A stretch of 60,479 bases of DNA, filler included. It is 6 parts of 6 records of this genome, joined end to end, with 100 filler letters (N's around TTAATTAATTAA, not from the genome) between each part and the next. Parts side by side here need not be neighbours in the genome. Positions count along the whole stretch, not along the records: positions 32,943 to 43,727 come from SRR31156797_23466; positions 43,828 to 53,496 come from SRR31156797_23467; 4 more parts are not named here. One strand, written 5' to 3'. The stretch's first letter is position 1. Every line of letters begins with the position of its first letter. Below the pieces are notes generated by a model. That model saw only the letters and a program-made list of their open reading frames with translations. It was not told the DNA's origin and made no database searches. This document shows, piece after piece, positions 38,827 to 49,272 of this stretch. Both the position numbers and the translations under genes were made by a program.

Positions 38827-39602
38827 TTTTGTTTTTTTATATCGTATTGATCAAATCTATTATATTCGATCATTCTTTTTAGAAGATTTATATACCGCTC
38901 TTTTTTCTCAGAATAAGAACCCAAATGTTCAACTAAAGCATATGGATCATCTGTTTGCAGTCTAAGTGTTCTAAAATCATCATATGCCCAATTTTTCCCT
39001 ATATTTTTATAATAATCATATACGGCAGCTTTAAGGTTTTTATATTTTTTGAGATAGATTTTTTTTTCACCTCTCATTCCACTTGCTTCCACTCTAGGTT
39101 CATTTGATCGAAATGACCAAACTCCAAAAATGTTATTAGCGACTTTTGTAAAACGTGAAGTAAGCCATGCACTCTCTATAGCACCTTGGGCTAGAGTGAT
39201 ACTTATAGGATGAGGTTTAAGAGCTTTTAAAAGCTCTTCATTCGTTTTTACTTCATAGAACTTTTTTAACTCTTGTATATATTGATGGTTTCTATTATGG
39301 ATAATATCATCTCTTACCATCTCAAACTGTTTTTGTAGCTGATTATACACTTCAGTCACGATAGGAACTAAAATATTTTTAAAGCGTTGTTTTTTTTGGG
39401 TTACACTTTGGCTTGGTTTCTTTTCCTTTTTGATCTTTTTTTTAGGTTCCTCTTTTTTGGGAAGCTCAGTGATTAGTTTCTGATCTTTTATTGTTCCTAG
39501 TTCAGTTTTTAAAAGCTTTTTATCTAGCTTTTTGACCTCTGTTTGATCACATCCTACAAACAATATAAGAATCAGAGTAGAAAAAAGAAAAGACCGTATC
39601 AT
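38823..39602 (-). CDS. Bax-like glucosaminidase (GH73) lipoprotein
   Basis: Lipobox FVGC, LAQ.A.ES.W.TSRF...ANN.FG, YSE...Y. Confidence 0.85.
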   Translation of the reverse strand: MIRSFLFSTLILILFVGCDQTEVKKLDKKLLKTELGTIKDQKLITELPKKEEPKKKIKKEKKPSQSVTQKKQRFKNILVPIVTEVYNQLQKQFEMVRDDIIHNRNHQYIQELKKFYEVKTNEELLKALKPHPISITLAQGAIESAWLTSRFTKVANNIFGVWSFRSNEPRVEASGMRGEKKIYLKKYKNLKAAVYDYYKNIGKNWAYDDFRTLRLQTDDPYALVEHLGSYSEKKERYINLLKRMIEYNRFDQYDIKKQK

Positions 39603-39603
39603 T

Positions 39604-40335
39604 TTAGATATCCTTTGTTTCGCCTTGTTTTACTTTCCCTTTAAAATAAAGGTGTCCGTTTTTATCTTTTCGAAGAGTGAGTTTTTCCTTGCTTTTTGGA
39701 TATACATCTACTGAGTCTCCTAAAATACCTTCAAGGTTTCCTCTGACAAACGCAGATGTCATTCCCGTTCCACAAGCCTGAGTTTCACCCTCGACTCCTC
39801 TTTCAAAAGTTCTTACATATAAAATGCCATTGTCTAATTTTGCAAAATTGACATTGGCGTTGTATTTTTGCCTCATTGTGCTACTTAGAGTAAGATCAAA
39901 AAGATCAAGGTCATCTACAAATGTGATAAGGTGTGGGACTCCAGTATCGATAAGCCACCACGTGAAGCCATTTTCATTAAAGCTTTCTTTTATGATCTTT
40001 GGTTCAGTCATAAGAGTCTCTACAATATCACCGTCCACTTCACATTTGATAACTCCAGCATCAGTTAAAAATCTTAAGTTTGTATCTGCTAATTGGTTGC
40101 TGTATGCATAATGAGCCACGGCTCTAGTTCCATTTCCACACATAGAAGCTGTACTTCCATCGTTATTATAAAAGAGCCATTTAAAGTCAAGCTCATTGTG
40201 TGGAACGATCACAATTAGACCATCTACATTCTCTTTTTTACACAACTCTTTTGCTGTATTTGAATAGTCTTGTTCAATTTCGGTATGGAAAATGACAAAA
40301 GTGTTGCCACTTGCATCATAAAGTGTATATTTCAT
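39604..40335 (-). CDS. dapF: diaminopimelate epimerase
   Basis: ASGN.F, N.DGS.A.MCGNG.R, TG.PH, RTFERGVE.ET.ACGTG. Confidence 0.96.
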   Translation of the reverse strand: MKYTLYDASGNTFVIFHTEIEQDYSNTAKELCKKENVDGLIVIVPHNELDFKWLFYNNDGSTASMCGNGTRAVAHYAYSNQLADTNLRFLTDAGVIKCEVDGDIVETLMTEPKIIKESFNENGFTWWLIDTGVPHLITFVDDLDLFDLTLSSTMRQKYNANVNFAKLDNGILYVRTFERGVEGETQACGTGMTSAFVRGNLEGILGDSVDVYPKSKEKLTLRKDKNGHLYFKGKVKQGETKDI

Positions 40336-40395
40336 ATAACATCCAATTATTAAAATTTTAAACTTATATTATATCAAATATTAATTAAATCTATC

Positions 40396-40420
40396 AAATA
40401 AGACTAAATTTATCTTAATT
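40396..40420 (+). promoter_or_regulatory. IscR/Rrf2-like operator upstream of nifS-nifU
   Basis: AAATAAGACTAAATTTATCTTAATT: 25-bp imperfect palindrome with the GAC-N8-TC spacing of IscR type-1 sites. TACACT -10 at 40424-40429. Confidence 0.5.
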
Positions 40421-40518
40421 AGATACACTTTCACAAATCAATAGCAAACAAGATATCCTAGAGGTACAGAATTTGCACTTGAAAGTTTATATTTAAATGA
40501 AAGAGGCAAGGGAAAAGT

Positions 40519-41715
40519 ATGGAAGTTTATTTAGACAATAACTCTACAACACAGATGGATCCAAAAGTGGAACAAGTGTATGTGGACAGCATAAAAAAAT
40601 TTGGTAACATCAATGTTATCTACAATAAAGGGATCGAAGCAAGAGCTCTTTTAAATGATGCATATGATAAATTATATGTAGGACTAAATGCGGCTGATGA
40701 AGATGATATCCTTATCACTTCATCTACTACTGAGGGAAACAATGCAGTTATTAAAACTTTTTTAATGGAGTTTTTAAAAGGGAGTGAGAAAAATCATATT
40801 ATCTCAACTGTAGCAGAGCACTCAAGTATTAAGTCTCCTCTTAAGTTTTGTAAAGATATGGGAATGGATGTTACTTATGTAGGAACAGATGAAAACGGTC
40901 TTGTAAAGATCAATGAGATTGAAGCAGCAATCACTGATAAAACATGTCTTATCTCATGCCTTATTGCTTCAAATGAAACTGGTGCAGTTCAAGATATCAA
41001 AGCGATCTCTGAAATTGCAAAAAAACATAATGTATACTTTCACTCTGATGGAGCACAAGCGATCGGAAAGATGAAAGTTGATCTTCAAGACCTTGGAGTA
41101 GACTATTTTACTTTTTCAGCGCACAAGTTTCATGGACCAAAAGGGGTAGGGGCACTGTATGTAAAAGCAAACGCTCCATATGTGACTCTTATCCACGGTG
41201 CTAAAAACGTAATGGGTGGAAAAAGAGGTGGATCATTATATAATAATGGTGTAGCAGCGATGGCAAGAGCGGTTGAGCTTGCAAATATCAACCTATCGTT
41301 TTTAGATCATACTACTCAAGCACTTAGAAATAAACTTGAAGATGAACTTTTAAAAATACCTGATACAAAATCATATGTACCAAGAGTAAAAAGACTTAAA
41401 AACCTTGTAGCTATCTCTTTTAGAGGGGTTGAGGGTGAAGCGATGCTCTGGGATATGAATGAAAATGGTATCTACCTCTCAACTGGTTCAAGCTGTTCAA
41501 GTGAAGATTTAGAGGGATCAGCTGTAGTTGAAGCACTTGGTGAAAAAACTGAGATAGCAAATGCAACAGTTATGTTTGCACTTAGTAAGTTTACAACAGA
41601 AGAGCAAATAGACTATGTGATCGAGAAGGTGAAAAAGACAGTTGAGAGATTAAGAGAGATCTCTATGACTTACGCAAAACAAGAAGCATTTAGTGTTCAT
41701 ATGCACGATCACTAA
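40519..41715 (+). CDS. nifS: cysteine desulfurase (NifS/IscS family)
   Basis: YLDNN.TT, NETG..Q, HSD..QA.GK, SAHKFHGPKG, STGSSC active Cys. Confidence 0.93.
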   Translation: MEVYLDNNSTTQMDPKVEQVYVDSIKKFGNINVIYNKGIEARALLNDAYDKLYVGLNAADEDDILITSSTTEGNNAVIKTFLMEFLKGSEKNHIISTVAEHSSIKSPLKFCKDMGMDVTYVGTDENGLVKINEIEAAITDKTCLISCLIASNETGAVQDIKAISEIAKKHNVYFHSDGAQAIGKMKVDLQDLGVDYFTFSAHKFHGPKGVGALYVKANAPYVTLIHGAKNVMGGKRGGSLYNNGVAAMARAVELANINLSFLDHTTQALRNKLEDELLKIPDTKSYVPRVKRLKNLVAISFRGVEGEAMLWDMNENGIYLSTGSSCSSEDLEGSAVVEALGEKTEIANATVMFALSKFTTEEQIDYVIEKVKKTVERLREISMTYAKQEAFSVHMHDH

Positions 41716-41756
41716 GCAATAAAAAGAATAAAGAATAAAAGAAAAAGGATTTATCG

Positions 41757-42737
41757 ATGGCAAGAAATGATTTAGTTACAGGAAACGTTTGGGAACAATA
41801 TAGTAAAAAAGTTCAAGATAGAATGAATGCTCCAAGAGCTCTTGGAGAGTTTACACAAGAAGATGCAGATAAGACTGGTACAAAACTTATCGTTGCAGAC
41901 TTTGGTGCAGAGTCATGTGGTGATGCAGTAAGACTTTACTGGCTTGTTGATCCAGCAACTGATATTATCAAAGATAGTAAGTTTAGAAGTTTTGGATGTG
42001 GTACAGCGATCGCTTCAAGTGATGCTATGGCTGAGCTTTGTATCGGGAAAAAAGTTGATGATGCCATCCATATTACAAATACTGATGTGGAAGCATTCTT
42101 AAGAGATAATCCAGATGAGCCTGCAGTTCCACCTCAAAAAATGCACTGTTCTGTTATGGCATATGATGTTATCTTAGAAGCTGCTGCTCAATATAAAGGG
42201 GTAGATAGAAGTGAACTTGAAAACCAAGATATTGTGTGTGAGTGTGCAAGAAAAACGAGAAAAGATATCGTAGATGCTATTAGAGAGCACAATATCACTG
42301 ACGTTGAGCAAATAGTAGAGATCACAAAAGCTGGAAGTTACTGTAAATCATGTGTAAGAGAAGGTGGACATGAAGCGAAAGATGTATATCTTGTAGATAT
42401 CTTAGCAGAAGTTAGAGAGACTATGGAAGGTGAAAAACTTGCAGCTGCAGCAGATACTACTCAAAGTGGTGAAAACTCATTTGATAAAATGACAATCGTT
42501 CAAAGAATCAAAGCAGTTGATGCTATCATTGAAGAGTATATTAGACCAATGCTAGTTATGGATGGTGGAGATATGGAGATCATCGATATCAAAGAAAATA
42601 CACCATACTATGATATCTATATCAGATACCTTGGAGCATGTTCATCTTGTGCTACAGGATCAACTGGTACACTATATGCGATTGAATCAACATTAAAACA
42701 AAAAGTTGATGAGAACATTAGAGTTCTTCCTGTATAA
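41757..42737 (+). CDS. nifU: three-domain Fe-S scaffold NifU (IscU + BFD-like + Nfu)
   Basis: SCGD, FGCG.A.AS, KMHCS, VCEC...C..C, DGGD, GACSSC. Confidence 0.95.
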   Translation: MARNDLVTGNVWEQYSKKVQDRMNAPRALGEFTQEDADKTGTKLIVADFGAESCGDAVRLYWLVDPATDIIKDSKFRSFGCGTAIASSDAMAELCIGKKVDDAIHITNTDVEAFLRDNPDEPAVPPQKMHCSVMAYDVILEAAAQYKGVDRSELENQDIVCECARKTRKDIVDAIREHNITDVEQIVEITKAGSYCKSCVREGGHEAKDVYLVDILAEVRETMEGEKLAAAADTTQSGENSFDKMTIVQRIKAVDAIIEEYIRPMLVMDGGDMEIIDIKENTPYYDIYIRYLGACSSCATGSTGTLYAIESTLKQKVDENIRVLPV

Positions 42738-42760
42738 TATTTTAAAATACACATATAAAT

Positions 42761-42789
42761 AAAAGGAGGTCGTAAAGGCCTCCTTTTTT
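42761..42789 (+). terminator. intrinsic terminator after nifU
   Basis: AAAAGGAGGTC-gtaaa-GGCCTCCTTTTTT. Confidence 0.85.
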
Positions 42790-42800
42790 AAGGGGTAAAA

Positions 42801-43727
42801 ATAAAATATCTAAACAAAACAATCGACCTTAAATATCTCTTTTCACTTGTTGTAAAAGATAAAAAACTTTTAATTATTGGTCAAGTTATTACTGTTTTAG
42901 CAGTATTAGTAAGTATCCCTATCCCTTTGATGCTACCAGCTCTTGTAGATGAAGTACTTTTAGAAAAGCCTGCTTTTTTTGTCAATAGTATTGATTCATT
43001 TTTTGGAAGTGGAGATCCTTTTTATTATATTTTGATTGTAGCTTTAAGTGTGATCTTTCTTCGTTTGATCTATTTTATTTTTACCTCTTTTATGACAAAG
43101 ATATTTACAAAAATAGCAAAATTTGTCACTTTTACTATTAGAAAAAAGCTTTTAAGGCATCTTCAAAAAGTATCTATGAATGAGTATGAGACACTAGGAA
43201 GTGGTGCTGTGAGTGCAAATCTTATTACAGATGTAGATACTTTAGATAACTTTATCATAACAGGAGCTTCAAAACTCGTAGCCTCATCGATTACTTTGGT
43301 AGCTATTGCTGTAGTGATGTTTCTTATTCATCCAGTTTTAGGACTAATGATTTTTATTATCCAACCTATTACGATCTTACTTTCTAAAAAAATATCTAAA
43401 CGTGTCAAAGAGTATAAAAAAGATGAAAACAGCTCAATTGAGGAGTTTCAAAATAATCTAAGTGAAGTCTTAGAGCTTTTTGGACAGATCAAAGCAAGTA
43501 ATAAAGAGAACTATTTTTTTGATACTTCAGTAGAAAAAGCAGATGAGATACAAAAAACCTCAAATCAGTATAACTATAAAAGTGTGATCTATGAAAGATT
43601 TTCTTTTACTGTATTTTTAATAGGCTTTGAACTTATTAGAGCCGCTGGACTTTTGATGGTAGTCTATAGTGATCTGAGTATCGGTATGATGTTTGCGATG
43701 TTTGGATATATATGGTTTATTATGACT
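42801..43727 (+). CDS. ABC exporter, fused TMD(-NBD), 3' truncated, start uncertain
   Basis: ABC_membrane pattern (P.LVDEVL, SG...NL.TD). The frame is open from 42792 but the first ATG/GTG/TTG is at 42927. Confidence 0.8.
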
Positions 43728-43827
43728 NNNNNNNNNNNNNNNNNNNNNNNNNNNNNNNNNNNNNNNNNNNNTTAATTAATTAANNNNNNNNNNNNNNNNN
43801 NNNNNNNNNNNNNNNNNNNNNNNNNNN
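43728..43827. other. artificial contig spacer
   Basis: 44 N + TTAATTAATTAA + 44 N. Confidence 0.98.
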
Positions 43828-44886
43828 CAGTCCGCCGGCCATCACATTGCCAACAACGGCATCTTCAAGAACGTGGTCGGCAAGGATGATACCGTCATGG
43901 ACGCCGAATACAAGATCAACCTCCTGGGGGAATACAACATCGGCGGGGATGGGTTCGAGATCGACCGGGTGCTCAATGCCTGCGGCATATCCGTTGTCTC
44001 CACCTATAGCGGTAATTCCACCTACGACCAGTTCGCCAATTCCCATACCGCGGATCTCAACACGGTCATGTGCCACCGGTCCATCAACTATGTGGCGGAT
44101 ATGATGGAGACAAAATACGGTATCCCATGGATCAAGATCAATTTTATCGGTGCGAAATCCACGGCCAGGTCCCTGCGGAAAATCGCCGGGTATTTTGACG
44201 AGCCTGAACTCATGGAACGGGTGGAAGCCCTCATTGATAAGGAGATGCCTGAAATCGAGCGGGTGAGACAGGAGGTCAAAAAACGGTGCGAAGGCAAGGT
44301 GGCCATGCTCTTTGTGGGCGGTTCCAGGGCCCACCACTACCAGGAGCTGTTCAAGGAGATCGGCATGAAAACCATCTCCGCCGGCTACGAATTCGCCCAC
44401 AGGGATGACTACGAGGGAAGGGAGGTGATTTCCGATATCAAGATCGATGCGGATTCGCGAAACATCGAGGAGCTTGAGATTGAAAAGGATGAGGAAAAAT
44501 ATTGGGCCCGGAAGAGCGATGCTGAATTGGCGGCGCTGAAAGCCGGGGGACTTGAGTTCAAGGAGTACAAGGGCATGATGGCGGACATGGCATCCGATAC
44601 CCTTGTCATCGACGATATCAGCCAGTATGAAACCGAGCAGCTCCTCAAACTGTACAAACCGGATCTCTATTGCGCCGGCATCAAGGAAAAGTACGGGATC
44701 CAGAAAAGCGGCATCCCAATGAAACAGCTCCACTCCTACGATTCAGGTGGTCCCTACGCGGGCTTCAAAGGGGCGGTGAATTTCTACAGGGAGATCGACA
44801 GGCTGGTCAATTCCCGGGTCTGGGACTATCTCGAGGCCCCCTGGCAGGCCAGTCCCGAGCTTTCGGGCAATTACGTTCAAGGGTAA
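43828..44886 (+). CDS. nifD: nitrogenase MoFe protein alpha chain (5' truncated), group II
   Basis: QSAGHHIAN, GEYNIGGD, CHRS (FeMoco Cys), VGGSRAHH, GYEF, LHSYD (His ligand), plus the group II insertion after DDYEG. Confidence 0.98.
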   Translation, partial: QSAGHHIANNGIFKNVVGKDDTVMDAEYKINLLGEYNIGGDGFEIDRVLNACGISVVSTYSGNSTYDQFANSHTADLNTVMCHRSINYVADMMETKYGIPWIKINFIGAKSTARSLRKIAGYFDEPELMERVEALIDKEMPEIERVRQEVKKRCEGKVAMLFVGGSRAHHYQELFKEIGMKTISAGYEFAHRDDYEGREVISDIKIDADSRNIEELEIEKDEEKYWARKSDAELAALKAGGLEFKEYKGMMADMASDTLVIDDISQYETEQLLKLYKPDLYCAGIKEKYGIQKSGIPMKQLHSYDSGGPYAGFKGAVNFYREIDRLVNSRVWDYLEAPWQASPELSGNYVQG

Positions 44887-45036
44887 TTTTCGTCAAATTA
44901 CCACCTGATTCCTGTCACGATTTAACATCCTAGGAATGTTCGCTCCTTGAATCGATGCCTGCCTTACCTTCTTTAATGAGTCATTGGCGCGATTCAAATG
45001 CGAAAGCCATAAACCAAAAAGGGAGACGTACGCAAA

Positions 45037-46413
45037 ATGCTGCTCAGACACACCAATGAAGAGATAAAACCCAGGCGGTCCCTGACCGTTAACCCGGCAA
45101 AGACCTGCCAGCCCATCGGCGCCATGTATGCTTCCCTTGGGATTCACAATTGCCTGCCCCACAGCCATGGTTCCCAGGGATGCTGCGCCTATCACAGGAG
45201 CACCCTGACCCGTCATTTCCGGGAACCGGTCATGGCGGCCACCAGTTCCTTTACCGAAGGGTCCTCTGTTTTCGGGGGCCAGGCCAACCTGGTCCAGGCC
45301 ATTGACACAATCTTTACTACCTATGATCCGGATATCATCGCCGTGCACACCACCTGCCTGTCGGAGACCATCGGGGATGATGTGAATCAGATCGCCAACA
45401 AGGCGATCACGGATGGAAAGGTGCCCGAAGGCAAACATGTGATCCATACCAGCACCCCCAGTTATGTGGGGTCCCATGTCACCGGGTTTGCCAACATGAC
45501 CAAGGCCATGGCCCTGTATTTCGCAAAATCTACGGGAACGCCCAACGGTAAATTCAATATTATCCCCGGGTATGTGGAACCGTCGGACATGGCGGAGATC
45601 AAGCGGGTGGTCACGGAGATGGGCGTCAGGCCCATCCTGTTCCCGGATACCTCCAATGTCCTCAACGGTCCCCAGACCGGAAAATACAACATGTTCCCGG
45701 AGGGGGGCGTCACCGCTGACGAGCTGACAAGCGCCGGGGACAGCCAGGGAACCATCGCCCTCGGTCCCATGGCATCAGGCGATGCCGCAAGGGCGCTGGA
45801 CACCAAATGGAAGGTGCCCTGCGTTGTGGGGGACCTGCCCATCGGGCTTGCGGCAACGGACAGGTTTATCGATGGCCTGAGAACCGCGGCCGGGGTGAGC
45901 GTGCCGGACACCATCACCCGGGAGCGGGGCCAGCTGCTGGATATCATCACGGACATGCACCAGTACTTTTACGGGAAAAAGGTGGCCCTGGCAGGGGATC
46001 CGGATCACCTGATCCCCCTGGTGGAGTTCCTTGTGAGCATCGATATGCTGCCGGTTCATATTGTCACGGGAACCCCGGGACAGGCCTTTGAAAAACGGAT
46101 CCGGGAGCTGACGGACCATCTGCCCTGCAAGGTGAATGTCAAAGCCGGGGGCGACCTGTTCCAGCTCCACCAGTGGATCAAGAATGAGCCCGTGGACCTG
46201 CTCATGGCCAACACCTATGGAAAATATATCGCCCGGGATGACGACATTCCCTATGTGCGCTTTGGCTTTCCCATCCTGGACCGGGTCGGCCACTCCTATT
46301 TTCCCACGGTCTGCTACAAGGGCGGCATGCGGCTTCTGGAGAAGATCCTGGATGCCCTGCTGGACCGCATGGACAGGGATGCCCCGGAAGAACGATTTGA
46401 ACTGGTAATGTAA
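45037..46413 (+). CDS. nifK: nitrogenase MoFe protein beta chain
   Basis: NPAKTCQPIGA, HGSQGCC, TTCLSETIGDD, TPSYVGSH, GFPILDR. Short N-terminus of group II type. Confidence 0.98.
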   Translation: MLLRHTNEEIKPRRSLTVNPAKTCQPIGAMYASLGIHNCLPHSHGSQGCCAYHRSTLTRHFREPVMAATSSFTEGSSVFGGQANLVQAIDTIFTTYDPDIIAVHTTCLSETIGDDVNQIANKAITDGKVPEGKHVIHTSTPSYVGSHVTGFANMTKAMALYFAKSTGTPNGKFNIIPGYVEPSDMAEIKRVVTEMGVRPILFPDTSNVLNGPQTGKYNMFPEGGVTADELTSAGDSQGTIALGPMASGDAARALDTKWKVPCVVGDLPIGLAATDRFIDGLRTAAGVSVPDTITRERGQLLDIITDMHQYFYGKKVALAGDPDHLIPLVEFLVSIDMLPVHIVTGTPGQAFEKRIRELTDHLPCKVNVKAGGDLFQLHQWIKNEPVDLLMANTYGKYIARDDDIPYVRFGFPILDRVGHSYFPTVCYKGGMRLLEKILDALLDRMDRDAPEERFELVM

Positions 46414-46438
46414 TTTACGCAAATAAAGGATCGAAACA

Positions 46439-47833
46439 ATGGAAACCATATCCGTACTCGAAGAGAGGAAAAGCCAGATTTACCATAAAGGCCGGGAGGC
46501 CTTTGATATCGCTTGCGAAAAAAAGAGCCTGGCGGGATCCGTGAGCCAGCGGGCCTGTGTCTTCTGCGGATCCAGGGTGGTTCTCTACCCCATTGCCGAT
46601 GCCCTGCATCTGATCCACGGGCCCATTGGCTGCGCATCCTACACCTGGGATATCAGGGGGGCCCTGTCATCGGGCCCGGAGCTCCACCGGATGAGTTTTT
46701 CCACGGATCTTTCCGAGACGGATATCGTTTTCGGCGGTGAGAAAAAGCTGGAACAGGCCCTGGTGGAACTGATCGCGGAATACGAACCCAAGGCCGCCTT
46801 TATTTATTGCACCTGTATTGTGGGGATCATCGGGGATGATGTGGACGCGGTCTGCAAAAAGGTGGCCGCAAAAACAGGCATCCCTGTGCTCCCGGTGCAT
46901 TCCGAAGGGTTCAAGGGCACGAAAAAGGACGGGTACAAGGCCGCCTGTGACGCCCTGTTCAAACTCATAGACCTGAACCGGAGACGGAAAGGGGCACCCA
47001 AAGATAAAATTCCCCTCAGCATCAATATCCTGGGGGAGTTCAACATCGGCGGAGAGACCTGGATCATCAAGGAGTATTACCGGCGAATGGGCATCGAGGT
47101 GGTCTCCGTGATGACCGGGGACGGCAGGGTGGCGGAGGTGCAGTCGGCCCACCGGGCCTGCCTGAACGTGGTCCAGTGCTCCGGCTCCCTGACCCACCTG
47201 GCCAAAGATATGGAGGAGGCCTACGGCATCCCCTATATCCGGGTGTCCTATTTCGGCATTGAAGACACCTCGGCCGCCCTGTATGACGTGGCCTCGTTTT
47301 TTGATGACACCCCGGAGATCATGGAGCGGACCCGGCGGCTGGTCCGGGAGGAGGTCAAAACCATTCTTCCGGAACTTGCCGCCCTGAAAAAGGATCTTAC
47401 CGGAAAACGGGCCGCCATTTACGTGGGCGGCGCCTTCAAGGCCTTTTCATTGATCAAGGCCCTGAAACACCTGGGCATGGAGGAGATCCTTGTGGGGTCC
47501 CAGACCGGAAACAAGGATGATTATGCGCTCTTGAAGGAGATGTGCGATCCGGGCACGGTGATCCTGGATGACGCCAATCCCCTGGAGCTTGCCAAGTATG
47601 TCATGGAAAAGGACGCCCACCTTTTTATCGGGGGGGTAAAGGAACGGCCCATTGCCTACAAGCTGGGCATTGGTTTCTGCGACCACAACCATGAGCGGAA
47701 GATTCCCCTGGTGGGGTTTGAGGGAATGGTGAATTTTGCCCGGGAGGTCCATGCCACCGTCACCACGCCCGTCTGGGATCTTGTTCCGAGGAAAGCATTT
47801 AACGGAGCGATTGACAAAAACGCTGAAATTTAA
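46439..47833 (+). CDS. nifE: FeMo-cofactor scaffold NifE
   Basis: SQRACVFCGSR, HGPIGC, TCIVGIIGDD, VVQCSGS, IGGVKER. Confidence 0.97.
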   Translation: METISVLEERKSQIYHKGREAFDIACEKKSLAGSVSQRACVFCGSRVVLYPIADALHLIHGPIGCASYTWDIRGALSSGPELHRMSFSTDLSETDIVFGGEKKLEQALVELIAEYEPKAAFIYCTCIVGIIGDDVDAVCKKVAAKTGIPVLPVHSEGFKGTKKDGYKAACDALFKLIDLNRRRKGAPKDKIPLSINILGEFNIGGETWIIKEYYRRMGIEVVSVMTGDGRVAEVQSAHRACLNVVQCSGSLTHLAKDMEEAYGIPYIRVSYFGIEDTSAALYDVASFFDDTPEIMERTRRLVREEVKTILPELAALKKDLTGKRAAIYVGGAFKAFSLIKALKHLGMEEILVGSQTGNKDDYALLKEMCDPGTVILDDANPLELAKYVMEKDAHLFIGGVKERPIAYKLGIGFCDHNHERKIPLVGFEGMVNFAREVHATVTTPVWDLVPRKAFNGAIDKNAEI

Positions 47834-47849
47834 AAAGAGGATGACACCC

Positions 47850-49241
47850 ATGACGCCAAATAAGACCAATACAAAAAACTATACCGCCACCCGCAACGCC
47901 TGTAAAATGTGCACCCCCCTGGGCGCCGCACTGGTCTTCCACGGGATCGAGGGAACCATTCCGCTCCTGCACGGTTCCCAGGGCTGCTCAACCTATATGC
48001 GACGGTACATGATCAGCCATTTCAGGGAGCCCGTGGATATCGCCTCCTCCAATTTTTCCGAGGATACGGCCATATTCGGCGGTAGCGACAACCTCAAGCT
48101 GGCCATCAAGAATATCACCCGCCAATACGCCCCGGACATGATCGGCATCGCCACCACCTGTCTTTCGGAAACCATCGGGGACGATGTGCCCATGATCCTT
48201 AACGGCATGGGGGATGCCGTGGATACGACCCTGGTCCATGTGTCCACCCCGAGTTATACCGGCACCCATGCGGACGGGTTCCACGGGGCGGTCCGGGCCG
48301 TGGTGGAGCGGTGCAACCCCCTGGCCGGAAGATTGAAATACGATGCGGATACCCGGAACAAGATCAACCTTTTCCCGGGCATGCTCTCCAATGAGGATAT
48401 CCGGCACCTGAAGGAGATCTTTGGGGATTTCGGCATTGAACCCGCGATTCTGCCGGATTATTCGGAACGGCTGGAGGGTCCTTCCTGGGAGGAGTACCAG
48501 GCCATCCAGAAGGGGGGCACTCCCCTGGAGGAGATCCGGGCCATGAACCTTGCCCTTGCCACCATGGAATTCGGTTCCGTACTGGCAAACAGCGTTGAAC
48601 AGGGGGGCACGAGCGCCGGGTCGTTTTTAAAGGAAAGCTTTGACATCCCCTGCGCCTCCCTTGGCATACCCGTTGGGGTAAAGGCCACTGACCGTTTCTT
48701 TTCACACCTGGAAAGGCTGACCGGTAAGCCCGTGCCTGAAAATTATAAGGAGCAGCGCGGCCGGGTCATCGACGCCTATGTGGATGGCAACAAGTATGTG
48801 TCCGGGCAAAGGGCCGTTGTTTATGGGGAGGAGGACTTTGTGGCTGCCATTGCGGGATTCCTGGCCGAGGTGGGTGTCATCCCGGTGCTCTGCGCCTCCG
48901 GCGGGAAAAGCGGGTTCCTTAAGCAGGCCCTGGAGACCCTTATGCCTGGAAAAACCATGGAGCAGGTCACGGTTCACCAGGGCATGGATTTTACCCACAT
49001 GGAGGAGCAGGCCAGGGAACTTGCCCCTGATTTTGCAATCGGCAACAGCAAGGGCTACACCATGGCGCGCCATCTCGACATTCCCTTGGTCCGGGTGGGG
49101 TTTCCCATCCATGACCGGATCGGAGGGCCCCGCATCCTTCATATCGGGTACAAGGGCGCCCAGGCCCTGTTCGATATCATTGTCAACACCTTGCTCCAGA
49201 GCCGCCAGGACCGCTCCAAAACCGGTTACGCTTATATGTAG
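47850..49241 (+). CDS. nifN: FeMo-cofactor scaffold NifN (clostridial/deltaproteobacterial type)
   Basis: NACKMC.PLGA, HGSQGCSTY, TTCLSETIG, GFPIHDRIG. ATG at 47850 after AGAGGA. Confidence 0.93.
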   Translation: MTPNKTNTKNYTATRNACKMCTPLGAALVFHGIEGTIPLLHGSQGCSTYMRRYMISHFREPVDIASSNFSEDTAIFGGSDNLKLAIKNITRQYAPDMIGIATTCLSETIGDDVPMILNGMGDAVDTTLVHVSTPSYTGTHADGFHGAVRAVVERCNPLAGRLKYDADTRNKINLFPGMLSNEDIRHLKEIFGDFGIEPAILPDYSERLEGPSWEEYQAIQKGGTPLEEIRAMNLALATMEFGSVLANSVEQGGTSAGSFLKESFDIPCASLGIPVGVKATDRFFSHLERLTGKPVPENYKEQRGRVIDAYVDGNKYVSGQRAVVYGEEDFVAAIAGFLAEVGVIPVLCASGGKSGFLKQALETLMPGKTMEQVTVHQGMDFTHMEEQARELAPDFAIGNSKGYTMARHLDIPLVRVGFPIHDRIGGPRILHIGYKGAQALFDIIVNTLLQSRQDRSKTGYAYM

Positions 49242-49272
49242 AAAAAATGTAGAAAAGAGAAAGGATCGAATA

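Noticed and set aside
48778-49272. 165-aa N-terminal extension of NifB, or a NifN-NifB fusion
   Set aside because: It overlaps nifN in another frame. nifN has its own stop (49241) and nifB its own SD and ATG (49273).
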